A stretch of DNA of 64,000 nucleotides from Bacteroidales bacterium (GCA_049294075.1 JBAQCK010000058.1:12983-76982), one strand, 5' to 3'. Counted from the first letter of the stretch, positions 49,300 to 57,782 are shown. Program-made: numbers and translations. Notes: a model not told the origin generated them from the letters alone.

Positions 49300-50451
49300 C
49301 TACCTCCTTCCGTACTTGCGGAACAGATAAAAAATGCCGCCCAATGCTCCAAGAATGATAAAAACGCCTACCCAACCCCAGAGCATTGGCGTCTTCACAG
49401 TAACTCTGTATGATATCCTGCTTGTCGATTCAGGTATCGTTGCATCCATGGTGGTTACATAATCGCCGGCAATCGCCTTCTTGTAGGCTTTCAGTGTTGC
49501 CCCGACCTGAACCGATTCGCCGGGAGCTATCCTGTCGATGTTTGCAGGATCAAAAGTGACCTCCCAGTTCAACGGGGCACCTGATTCGAGTTTAATATTT
49601 GAAAGCTCCAGGGAACCTGTATTCTGGACAACCAGCGGAATGCGTTTTGTCTCACCAGCCGTGATGCTGGTGCTTAGGAGTCCTGTCGGGGTGGTAAGAT
49701 TGAGTCCGTATGTTCCCGTGATAACCACTTCGAAATCTAGTGCTGCAGTGGAAGCGCTTGTTGCAACCATTGCCCTGATTTTATAGGTCCCTGCCTTTGA
49801 ATTATCGGGAGGATTGACATCCACTCCCATATCTACCTTTCCGTTGGCAAGCACATCAACTGAGGTAGCCTGCTGGTAGTTCGGCCTGAAAGTCACAACC
49901 CAGCCCGGAGGATAATCGGCCGTCAGTGCATAATGCTGATTATCGGCCGTAAGGTTGTTAATGGTGGTCTGAAAGTTGAATGTTGAGGTGGATGTTCCCT
50001 GCATATTCGCCTGTTTGGTTGTGAACTCGGTTTTGTATGTTCCCTGTGAGGCGACAATTAGTGTCAGAGGCAGTTCATCATAGTCTCCGGCCTTTACCTG
50101 GAAACGATAACTTCCCCTGTTGACCTTAAGGGGAACTTCAACCCTGAGGGTGAAGCTTTTCTTGTCGCCCGGAAGTACGGAGATCTCCCTTACATTGAAT
50201 CCGTCCGATTTGACCGTGCTGTTCCAGCTTGCAGGAATTCCTGAGACGGCAATCCCCGCGTCGATGATCTCAGCTGAGTTATTAATAAGGTCGACCGAAT
50301 AGTCGACTGACTCTCCAGGCGCTACGGAGATCTTTAGCCATGGTGTGTAAAGCTTCACGCTGTCCGATGGAGCGGAAGCATTTGTATTAAGCGATAAACA
50401 GACAAGAATCGCTGTGGAAATTGCTTTCAACGAACAAGTACTGATTGACAT
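49300..50451 (-). CDS. secreted, C-terminally anchored protein with three NEW3/CARDB-like beta-sandwich repeats (COG1470-like)
   Basis: Signal peptide. Three repeats of the pattern PGES/PGD..F.L.V..P..A..G.Y. C-terminal TM helix plus a basic tail (LFRKYGRR). Start set at the ATG at 50451, preceded by GGAGGA. Confidence 0.6.
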   Translation of the reverse strand: MSISTCSLKAISTAILVCLSLNTNASAPSDSVKLYTPWLKISVAPGESVDYSVDLINNSAEIIDAGIAVSGIPASWNSTVKSDGFNVREISVLPGDKKSFTLRVEVPLKVNRGSYRFQVKAGDYDELPLTLIVASQGTYKTEFTTKQANMQGTSTSTFNFQTTINNLTADNQHYALTADYPPGWVVTFRPNYQQATSVDVLANGKVDMGVDVNPPDNSKAGTYKIRAMVATSASTAALDFEVVITGTYGLNLTTPTGLLSTSITAGETKRIPLVVQNTGSLELSNIKLESGAPLNWEVTFDPANIDRIAPGESVQVGATLKAYKKAIAGDYVTTMDATIPESTSRISYRVTVKTPMLWGWVGVFIILGALGGIFYLFRKYGRR

Positions 50452-50597
50452 AAACGTTCCTCCATTAATTATAAATGACAATAAATACTGCCGCAAATGT
50501 AAAAAGCAGATTATTTTTTTAAAAGCCCGGTTTTTTAAATTACTGTTTGGATTTTCTTAAATTTTTGTTAAAAATCTCCCGCCGTCTAATACAATTG

Positions 50598-52430
50598 ATG
50601 TTCAATATCCGGATATTTGCAGGTCAATCCGGATCGGACCGGAAACTATTAATACGGTTTAAAGTGGCTGAAAAGAAAGGAAGGAATACGGGAAGCGGGA
50701 TAAAGGAATTGTTCAAACTTTACAGGTTTCTAAGGCCATACCGCTGGATATTTGCACTGGGAATGGCTTTCCTTCTCATTTCAAGCGGTGCAAGTCTGCT
50801 TTTCCCGAAGTATCTGGGGAATATGGTCGATCTGGCCAACAAGGGAAGCTCAATGAATGAGATCACCCGAACCGGGATCATTCTCCTTGCTGTTGTGGTT
50901 GTTCAGGCCATTTTTTCATATTTCCGCACCCGGATCTTTGTAATGGTCACCGAAAAGACACTTGCTTCGATACGACAGCATATTTACAGACATCTCATCA
51001 AACTTCCCATGTCGTTCTTTTCCGAGAGGCGCGTTGGGGAGCTTAACAGCAGGATCTCTGCCGACATTGCAATCCTTCAGCATTCCCTCACCGAAACCCT
51101 GGCCGACCTTCTGTCCCAGATTCTGGTGATAACCGGAGCCCTGACACTGATGATGGTAAGTTCTTTCAAACTAACCCTCTTCATGCTGGCTGTTGTGCCC
51201 CCGATGGCACTTCTGGCATTTTTTGCAGGAAGAGCTGTGAGGAGATACTCCAAAAAAGTGCAGTCGTTCATTGCCGAATCGAACACCATTGTGGAAGAGA
51301 CCCTTCAGGGGATACAGAATGTAAAGGCCTTCACAAACGAACTGTTTGAGATAAACCGGTACAGCGACAGGACAAACGAAGTTGCAAAGGCAGGCATAAA
51401 GGGAGGGAAATACCAGGCATCCCTCTCATTTATTTCCCTCGGGTTCTTCATTGCGATGGGACTTCTGATCTGGAGGGGATCAATTCTTATCTCAAAGGGG
51501 ATGATGGAAGCCGGACAGCTTTTTTCGTTTGTTATATACTCGGGGTTCATTGCCGGGAACATCGCCGGCATGGCAAGCGTGTACACGAGGCTCCAGAGGA
51601 CAATCGGCGCCGCCGAGAAACTCCTGCTGATACTCGATGAACCAACCGAAACAGTCGACGAAGAGTGGGAACCTGATCCTGCCCATCTGCTGAAAGGAAA
51701 AATCACTTTCAACCATGTTAATTTCATCTATCCGTCAAGGCCCGAGGCAAAGGTTCTGAATGATGTTTCATTCACAATCGAGCCGGGACAGAAAATTGCT
51801 ATTGTTGGTCCGAGCGGAGCAGGGAAGTCGACACTTGCATCCCTGCTCCTCCGGTTCTATGAACCCACTTCAGGTGAATTGTTGTTTGACGACCGGACCA
51901 GCAGGAGTTTCCCCATAACCTCAATACGCAGGCAGCTGGCAATTGTGATGCAGGATGTTTTCCTCTTCGGAGGCTCGGTCAGGGAGAATATTGCATATGG
52001 AAAACCGGGAGCAACCGAACAGGAGATAATTAACGCGGCCGTTCAGGCAAATGCCTGGGATTTTATTCAATCGTTTCCCGACAAGCTTGGAACAATTGTT
52101 GGTGAGCGGGGTGTCCAGCTCTCGGGGGGCCAGCGGCAAAGAATAGCCATTGCAAGGGCAGTGCTAAGGAATCCGGCTGTTCTGATCCTCGACGAAGCAA
52201 CATCCTCGCTCGACTCGGAATCGGAAAGGCTTGTCCAGGAAGCTCTCGAAAAACTTATGCGAGGACGTACCTCTGTTGTAATTGCTCACCGGCTGTCGAC
52301 TGTAAGGAATGCCGACAGGATAATAGTCCTTGAAAGCGGAACTATAGTTGAACAGGGCACCCATGATGATCTGCTGCTCAACGAAAACGGTCTTTACAAA
52401 AGCCTTACCCAGTTGCAGTTTGCCAAGTAA
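50598..52430 (+). CDS. ABC exporter, fused permease/ATPase (MsbA/ABCB-like); start uncertain
   Basis: Six-TM domain, GPSGAGKST, LSGGQRQRIAIARA, ILDEATSSLD. Confidence 0.9.
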   Translation: MFNIRIFAGQSGSDRKLLIRFKVAEKKGRNTGSGIKELFKLYRFLRPYRWIFALGMAFLLISSGASLLFPKYLGNMVDLANKGSSMNEITRTGIILLAVVVVQAIFSYFRTRIFVMVTEKTLASIRQHIYRHLIKLPMSFFSERRVGELNSRISADIAILQHSLTETLADLLSQILVITGALTLMMVSSFKLTLFMLAVVPPMALLAFFAGRAVRRYSKKVQSFIAESNTIVEETLQGIQNVKAFTNELFEINRYSDRTNEVAKAGIKGGKYQASLSFISLGFFIAMGLLIWRGSILISKGMMEAGQLFSFVIYSGFIAGNIAGMASVYTRLQRTIGAAEKLLLILDEPTETVDEEWEPDPAHLLKGKITFNHVNFIYPSRPEAKVLNDVSFTIEPGQKIAIVGPSGAGKSTLASLLLRFYEPTSGELLFDDRTSRSFPITSIRRQLAIVMQDVFLFGGSVRENIAYGKPGATEQEIINAAVQANAWDFIQSFPDKLGTIVGERGVQLSGGQRQRIAIARAVLRNPAVLILDEATSSLDSESERLVQEALEKLMRGRTSVVIAHRLSTVRNADRIIVLESGTIVEQGTHDDLLLNENGLYKSLTQLQFAK

Positions 52431-52472
52431 GAACGCCAGTCAGATTGAAAAATTTCGCCCCGATAAAACACT

Positions 52473-52507
52473 CGCCGCACGCCGCGTAACGCGTACCGCA
52501 CACCGAA
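52473..52507. repeat. 5-unit degenerate heptad array (CGCCGCA CGCCGCG TAACGCG TACCGCA CACCGAA)
   Basis: Read directly. Preceded at 52452-52461 by ATTTCGCCCC, the same 10-mer that flanks the 15.46-kb hairpin cluster. Confidence 0.7.
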
Positions 52508-52550
52508 CATTGTTTTATTGACTTTATTGAGCTTCACTAAACTGAATTAA

Positions 52551-53000
52551 ATGACACTGACAGAAAAAATTGCAGCTGATCTGATCACAGCCATGAAATC
52601 GAAAGACACTGTATCGCTCGAAGCCCTCAGGGCAGCGAAGACAGCATTCCTGCTTGCCCATTCGGAGAAGGGCTCCGGCAGCGTTCTGACACCGGAAGAT
52701 GAGATCAGGATAATCCAGAAACTTGTTAAGCAGCGACGCGAATCCGCGCAGATCTACAGGGAAAACAACAGGACAGACCTCAGCGACAAGGAGAGTTCCG
52801 AAGCGGATGTGCTTGAGAAGTACCTCCCGGCAAAAATGAATGAAGAAGCCCTGGAAAAAGTCATCAGGGCTATTATAGGACGTGTTGGTGCAAAATCAGC
52901 ATCCGACCTTGGAAAGGTAATGGGCCCGGCGATGAAAGAGCTTGCAGGAAAGGCTGACGGGAAAGAAATATCAGCAATGGTCAGGAAGCTGCTGAGTTAG
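52551..53000 (+). CDS. GatB/YqeY domain-containing protein
   Basis: 149 aa: DLITAMKSKD, LRAAKTAF, YLPAKMNEEAL, GKVMGPAMKEL. Confidence 0.88.
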   Translation: MTLTEKIAADLITAMKSKDTVSLEALRAAKTAFLLAHSEKGSGSVLTPEDEIRIIQKLVKQRRESAQIYRENNRTDLSDKESSEADVLEKYLPAKMNEEALEKVIRAIIGRVGAKSASDLGKVMGPAMKELAGKADGKEISAMVRKLLS

Positions 53001-53011
53001 AGATAAGAAGT

Positions 53012-53160
53012 GTCGTGCAGGTCGTGCAGGTCATGCAGGTCATGCAGGTCGTGCAGGTCGTGCAGGTCATGCAGGTCGTGCAGGTCGTGCAGGTCGTGCA
53101 GGTCATGCAGGTCGTGCAGGTCGTGCAGGTCGTGCAGGTCGTGCAGGTCGTGCAGGTCGC
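53012..53160. repeat. 16.5-copy nonamer tandem array GTCRTGCAG
   Basis: Read directly. Variant order (G=GTCGTGCAG, A=GTCATGCAG): G G A A G G A G G G A G G G G G. It starts 12 nt after the yqeY stop. Confidence 0.97.
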
Positions 53161-53175
53161 TTACATTGAAAGACA

Positions 53176-53224
53176 GCTGAAAGCTGACTGCTGATCGCTG
53201 ATCGCTGATCGCTGATCGCTGACA
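53176..53224. repeat. 7-unit heptad array (GCTGAAA GCTGACT GCTGATC x4 GCTGACA)
   Basis: Read directly. Confidence 0.95.
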
Positions 53225-53234
53225 GCCTTTCCTC

Positions 53235-53520
53235 TCAGTATTTATCGAACACCACAAGTGTAGTGACCGGTCCTCTTCCCATCATCCCTTCGGAGGTCTG
53301 TATGTTGTGAAGTTTCCTGCCCCGTTTCTGAAGGGTCCACACCTCGCTCGATTTCATTTCAACAGGGGGTTTTTCACCGAATTTCATGGTTGTCTGCTAT
53401 TTCTTGTTAACCATTTTCTCAGCCATATCACCAAAGGACGAACTGGATTTCGATTCTATAACAAGGCTTCCTCCGTCGAGTTTGTAAACCTCGTTTATTG
53501 TGACGTCTCCGCCATATGTG
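53235..53520 (-). pseudogene. remnant of an unidentified small protein gene (in-frame TAG, no usable start for the upstream part)
   Basis: The minus-strand frame reads ...TYGGDVTINEVYKLDGGSLVIESKSSSSFGDMAEKMVNKK*QTTMKFGEKPPVEMKSSEVWTLQKRGRKLHNIQTSEGMMGRGPVTTLVVFDKY*. Only the last 50 codons (53235-53387) form an ATG ORF. Confidence 0.3.
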
Positions 53521-53544
53521 TTTTTCGATTGAAATCATTTTAAA

Positions 53545-53586
53545 GTTGCTGGTTGCCGGTTAGCCGGCGTGCGGTACGCGGTGTGA
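53545..53586. repeat. 6-unit degenerate heptad array (GTTGCTG GTTGCCG GTTAGCC GGCGTGC GGTACGC GGTGTGA)
   Basis: Read directly. It shares GTTGCTG with the 10.96-kb array. Its right half is close to the reverse complement of 52473-52507. Confidence 0.8.
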
Positions 53587-53596
53587 GGCTCTCGGC

Positions 53597-54469
53597 CTAT
53601 TTTATATAGGGTTCTATAACTCTCTTCAGAAGCGCTATTGTGGCCTTGATTCCCTCATCCTCGCTGAGCTTGTTGCCTTCGTACTCAACATCTATATAGC
53701 CCCTGTAGCCTGAATCGTAAACGATCTTCATCATCCTCTCATAGTCGATCTGGGTCTCGTTTCCGTTCTCGTCAAAATCATGAGTCTTGCCGCTCACTCC
53801 CTTGGCGTACGGCATCAGATCCTTAACACCCGTGTAACGGTCGTATTCATAGAAATTACCAAGGTCGGGAAGTGTTCCGCAATTGGGTTTGTCAATGCAT
53901 TTCATAATCTCGGCAAGCCATTTCCCGTAGGAAGAGTTGCCTCCATGGTTTTCGACTATCACGTTTATCCCGAAATCTTCAGCATAGGCGGCAAGTCTGC
54001 CAAGGCCGTCGATTGCTGCTTCCTGCATCTGGCCCATAGTTCCGCGGCCGGCTGCATTTACCCTGATCGAATGACAACCCAGGAATTTGGCGGCCTTCAC
54101 CCATTTGTGATGGTTTTCAATAGCCTTGTTCCTTGCTGCCAGAGAGGTGTCGGCAAGATTCCCTTCCCCGTCAACCATTATAAGAAGGCTTTTTACACCG
54201 TACTTCTCACACTCACTTTTCAGCTGGGCAAGGTATTCCATGTCCTCTGCCTTTCCCTTGAAAAAGGTTGAGACATATTCCACTGCATCAAGACCATAGG
54301 TTTCCTTTGTAATTCTCGGGAAATCCATATTGGTGATTGTACCTTTTCTCAGGGTGCGGTTAAGCGACCACTCGGCAAGAGAGATTTTGAAAGCCGGCTC
54401 CTGACCATACAGACTGATGCCGGTAAACATGGAAACAAGAATTACTGTTAAGATGGATTTAATTTTCAT
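53597..54469 (-). CDS. secreted sugar phosphate isomerase/epimerase (xylose isomerase-like TIM barrel)
   Basis: Signal peptide [47 protein letters not shown] and DVEYEG metal-ligand-like positions. Start set at 54469. Confidence 0.7.
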   Translation of the reverse strand: MKIKSILTVILVSMFTGISLYGQEPAFKISLAEWSLNRTLRKGTITNMDFPRITKETYGLDAVEYVSTFFKGKAEDMEYLAQLKSECEKYGVKSLLIMVDGEGNLADTSLAARNKAIENHHKWVKAAKFLGCHSIRVNAAGRGTMGQMQEAAIDGLGRLAAYAEDFGINVIVENHGGNSSYGKWLAEIMKCIDKPNCGTLPDLGNFYEYDRYTGVKDLMPYAKGVSGKTHDFDENGNETQIDYERMMKIVYDSGYRGYIDVEYEGNKLSEDEGIKATIALLKRVIEPYIK

Positions 54470-54584
54470 ATTAATCGATTTAGCGTTTAGTATATATGCC
54501 AAATTTAAATAAAAGCATCAAACATCCTTCAAGGGGCTTAAAATAAAAAATGTGGGATCGCGCGATTGCAGGTCCTCAACAGCT

Positions 54585-55097
54585 TCACATTTGACAAGAG
54601 TACCTTGGCTTTATATAAATCAGGCTGTGGACATCGCCGGTGATGTTCTCAACTGTAATATACTCGTATTTCTGAGGGGTATCAGGACGCATTTTGAGCC
54701 CTAGCACCCTCATTGCCTGATCAATATGACAATTGCGCATCACTATGTTCCTGTTGTGTATTGATTCGCTGCCGCAGGTCAGGGCAGAATGGCAGAAGCC
54801 GAAGTTGCACTTTTCGATGATGATGTTTATGTTTTCGCCGTTGCATTCATCGGTGTCGGCCCAGGGCCCCTTGCCACCCTTAAGGGCAATGGCGTCGTCG
54901 CTTACCGACATGCAGCAGCCCCTCACGTGAACGTTGGAGCAGGCATCAATATCGATGGCATCGGAGCTCGGGGCCTTCACCTTGCCGTGCGGTGAAAAGA
55001 TGTGAAGGTCAGTGATCCTGACGTTGTTGCATTTGTAATAATGGCTCGTCCATAAACCTGCAACTGGTTCCCGGCCAGCTTCGACCGCCCTCACCAC
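54585..55097 (-). pseudogene. glycoside hydrolase family 28 (polygalacturonase/rhamnogalacturonase-like) fragment, truncated at both ends
   Basis: Parallel beta-helix repeats with the catalytic region SDAIDIDACSNVHVRGC, VSDDAIALKGG, HSALTCGSE. Only about 170 aa where roughly 450 are expected. No signal peptide and no ATG start. Confidence 0.65.
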
Positions 55098-55144
55098 CTT
55101 ATTTTAACGCTGAACTACATCCACTCCAGGCGTGTCAGCCTTCT

Positions 55145-55310
55145 GCAAACTACAATTACAGCTCCGGAAGGCCTGTTACATATCCCGTTTCGACCTATTC
55201 AATCGGCGATGTGGTACTGATGCCCTATTCGGAAAGGAACAAATTCAGGTTGCCTTATTATTCAAGGCTCGACCTTTCGGTAAGGATTAGCGGCGACCTG
55301 AGGCTGAAGT
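55145..55310 (+). pseudogene. C-terminal fragment of a TonB-dependent receptor
   Basis: The frame reads ANYNYSSGRPVTYPVSTYSIGDVVLMPYSERNKFRLPYYSRLDLSVRISGD. This matches the penultimate strands of TonB-dependent receptors of the family carrying an N-terminal carboxypeptidase-regulatory-like domain (RN..RLP.YHRLDLS). The rest of the roughly 1000-aa gene is absent. Confidence 0.55.
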
Positions 55311-55404
55311 GGTATTCCGCACATCGGATCAGCAGGTGCTGTATGAGATATCAGTCCGCGGGGTCAGTGAGGAAGGAGAGTGGGTTTGGGAGCAGGAGGT
55401 GTTC

Positions 55405-55446
55405 AGTGTGGCGTGAAACGTGAGACGTGAGGCGTGAGGCGTGAGG
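55405..55446. repeat. 6-unit heptad array (AGTGTGG CGTGAAA CGTGAGA CGTGAGG x3)
   Basis: Read directly. Confidence 0.85.
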
Positions 55447-55489
55447 GGTCATCTTTTCACAAGGTGGAATAACATCTTGTATAATTCGA

Positions 55490-55497
55490 TATCTTTG
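55490..55497 (+). promoter_or_regulatory. candidate -7 box TATCTTTG upstream of the decarboxylase beta-subunit gene
   Basis: Matches TAnnTTTG 47 nt upstream of the ATG at 55544. Confidence 0.3.
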
Positions 55498-55543
55498 CTG
55501 ATTCTGTATCTGAACCAGAGAAACAAAACTAACCAGACCTGAA

Positions 55544-56680
55544 ATGGAATTCTTGCTGGATGGAATAACCAGTATTACCTGGCAGCAGATAGTGATGTGG
55601 ATCACCGGCGGTCTCCTCATCTACCTGGCAATAGACAGGAAGCTTGAACCGCCGTTGTTGCTTCCCATGGGATTCGGGGCCATACTGGTCAACCTGCCCC
55701 TGTCGGGAGTCCTGAACCAGACTCTTCCCGGCATCGGGGAAGTCCGGGGAATAATCGACTGGCTCTTCAGCGTGGGAATCGAGGCCTCGGAAGCCATGCC
55801 AATTCTTCTCTTCATCGGAATAGGTGCAATGATCGATTTCGGTCCTCTCCTCTCCAATCCCAGGCTGCTTCTTTTCGGGGCAGCCGCCCAGTTTGGGATC
55901 TTTGCAACAGTAATCATTGCAACGCTGCTCGGTTTCGATCTCAGGGACGCCGCTTCGATCGGCATCATTGGCGCAGCCGACGGACCCACATCGATACTTG
56001 TTTCACAGGTCCTGAAAAGCCAGTACATAGGCCCGATAGCAATCGCGGCATATTCCTACATGGCTCTGGTACCCATCATCCAGCCGTTCGCCATCAGGCT
56101 TTGCACCACTGAAAAGGAAAGGAAGATAAGAATGAAATACAATCCTAAAAGCCTTACACCGCTTACCAGGATACTCTTCCCTATCGTAGTCACAATCATT
56201 GCCGGGCTTGTCGCCCCTGCATCGATAGCTCTTGTCGGCTTCCTGATGTTCGGCAACCTTGTAAGGGAATGCGGAGTGCTCAGGTCGCTTTCGGAATCGG
56301 CACAGAAGGAACTGGTTAACCTTATCACCCTTCTGCTTGGTATCACCATTGCTGCAAGTATGAAAGCAGAGTCGTTCGTTTCGCTGCAGACCATACTTAT
56401 AATGCTTCTTGGACTGGTGGCATTCATTTTTGACACAATCGCCGGAGCCACCTTTGCCAGGTTCCTCAACCTCTTCCTGAAGGAGAAAATAAACCCGATG
56501 GTCGGAGCCGCCGGCATCTCGGCCTTCCCGATGTCGTCGAGAGTCATTCAGAAGATGGGCCTTGAAGCTGATCCGCAGAACCATCTGCTTATGCACGCAG
56601 CAGGAGCGAATGTAGCGGGACAGATTGCGTCGGTGATAGCCGGCGGCGTGGTTATCAGCCTTGTACCCGGATTAATGTAG
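55544..56680 (+). CDS. sodium-translocating decarboxylase beta subunit (OadB/MmdB/GcdB family)
   Basis: 378-aa polytopic protein. N-terminus ...ITWQQIVMWITGGLLIYLAIDRKLEPPLLLPMGFGAILVN and GIIGAADGPT, typical of the family. Confidence 0.85.
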   Translation: MEFLLDGITSITWQQIVMWITGGLLIYLAIDRKLEPPLLLPMGFGAILVNLPLSGVLNQTLPGIGEVRGIIDWLFSVGIEASEAMPILLFIGIGAMIDFGPLLSNPRLLLFGAAAQFGIFATVIIATLLGFDLRDAASIGIIGAADGPTSILVSQVLKSQYIGPIAIAAYSYMALVPIIQPFAIRLCTTEKERKIRMKYNPKSLTPLTRILFPIVVTIIAGLVAPASIALVGFLMFGNLVRECGVLRSLSESAQKELVNLITLLLGITIAASMKAESFVSLQTILIMLLGLVAFIFDTIAGATFARFLNLFLKEKINPMVGAAGISAFPMSSRVIQKMGLEADPQNHLLMHAAGANVAGQIASVIAGGVVISLVPGLM

Positions 56681-56690
56681 GAGGAATATT

Positions 56691-56822
56691 ATGAACACTG
56701 ATTTAATAAATTCACTGAAGCTTGCCGGCATGGGAATGGCGGCAATTTTCCTGGTCATCCTCGTTATCTACCTGTTTGTTCACGTTCTGCTGAAGCTGAC
56801 GGGAAGGAACAACAAGGCTTGA
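56691..56822 (+). CDS. OadG-like small membrane subunit (43 aa)
   Basis: MNTDLINSLKLAGMGMAAIFLVILVIYLFVHVLLKLTGRNNKA. One TM helix and AGGAGGA 5 nt upstream of the ATG. Not in the ORF track (<60 aa). Confidence 0.55.
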   Translation: MNTDLINSLKLAGMGMAAIFLVILVIYLFVHVLLKLTGRNNKA

Positions 56823-56839
56823 AAAAGCCTTAACATTGT

Positions 56840-56847
56840 TATATTTG
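56840..56847 (+). promoter_or_regulatory. candidate -7 box TATATTTG upstream of the BFD-like gene
   Basis: Matches TAnnTTTG 31 nt upstream of the ATG at 56878. Confidence 0.35.
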
Positions 56848-56877
56848 CACATTACAAAATAAAATAAATACACACTC

Positions 56878-57054
56878 ATGGAAGATATTGAAATTTGCCA
56901 CTGCAACGGCATTATGAAAAGCGTGATAGTGAAAGCAATAAAGGAAAAAGGGCTGAAGACGGTGGAAGATGTTCAGGATGCCACAGAGGCAGGAACCGTA
57001 TGCGGCGGCTGCGTCGACGACATTGAAGAAATTCTGAAGGAAGTAAACGGCTGA
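56878..57054 (+). CDS. BFD-like [2Fe-2S]-binding domain protein (58 aa)
   Basis: MEDIEICHCNGIMKSVIVKAIKEKGLKTVEDVQDATEAGTVCGGCVDDIEEILKEVNG. Shows the C-x-C ... C-x2-C pattern of the bacterioferritin-associated ferredoxin fold. Not in the ORF track (<60 aa). Confidence 0.65.
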   Translation: MEDIEICHCNGIMKSVIVKAIKEKGLKTVEDVQDATEAGTVCGGCVDDIEEILKEVNG

Positions 57055-57094
57055 ACTCCACCCGAAAGTCCCGGTAAGTAATCCGTTAAAAGTA

Positions 57095-57651
57095 TCATTT
57101 TAGTTTAACAGGCTTGATCATATTCTCCGGTACGAGGATCAGATCAAGCTTTTCTTTCGACAGAAATCCCCTTTCCAGTACCAGGGAGTAGACCGACAGG
57201 TTAAGCGCAAGGGCGTCCCTGGAGATTGAATTAAGGTCCTGGTAAGCTATGTAAGAAGAGCCGTAATTATCCCTATGCTGTTCTGAACAAGTTCGCTGCA
57301 GCGTTCCTCGTTGGCGGGGATCCCTTCGATGCAGCGGTGGCGCAGGGTGTTGATTCCAGTCCCGATAGCCGTTGCCCCCATATTGATCTCGAGAAAGAGT
57401 TTTGCGTTATGGTTGAGTCTTTCTATCTCTTCCCCGGGAGTTACCGCATAGCCTCTCCTGAAAAGCTTCACCTCCCCGTCATATATCAGGAAGATGTCCT
57501 ATCTCGGACTGTTCTCCCTGAAGAGTATCTCGCCCGCGTCACAGTGTTTTTCGGTGACACTCCGGGAAAGTTCCCTTAGTTCAACTTCGTCGAGGTTCCG
57601 GAAAAGTTCAATATTCCTCAGGAAATCAAGGATTGTGCTTCTTTTGATCAT
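57095..57651 (-). pseudogene. mosaic pseudogene: cNMP-binding domain N-terminus (in-frame TAG) joined to internally deleted, frameshifted aspartate ammonia-lyase fragments
   Basis: Minus strand: MIKRSTILDFLRNIELFRNLDEVELRELSRSVTEKHCDAGEILFREENSPR*DIFLIYDGEVKLF (cNMP-binding). Then ...LEINMGATAIGTGINT directly joined to CIEGIPANEERCSELVQNSIGIITAL. Then a 1-nt frameshift and YIAYQDLNSISRDALALNLSVYSLVLERGFLSKEKLDLILVPENMIKP (aspartase C-terminus). Confidence 0.7.
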
Positions 57652-57782
57652 GGCCCTGACCTTTATTAGTTATACCTGACTGACCGGGAAGCAAAGATAT
57701 CCCGATTTTTGAACCGCTGCGACATTAATTGACTTAGCCTGAAGTTAAATCCGGGGCAGGTCATTATTGTTGATTTTTTGAG

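Noticed and set aside
52997-53257. 86-aa minus-strand ORF encoding (HDL)n
   Set aside because: It is simply the nonamer array GTCRTGCAG read in frame (9 nt = 3 codons). It has no start context, is a pure tripeptide repeat, and continues into the heptad array.
55621-56596. Three minus-strand ORFs (135, 197, 163 aa) inside the decarboxylase beta-subunit gene
   Set aside because: They lie antisense to a well-supported polytopic CDS, and their translations are Arg/Ser/Pro-rich with no motifs.
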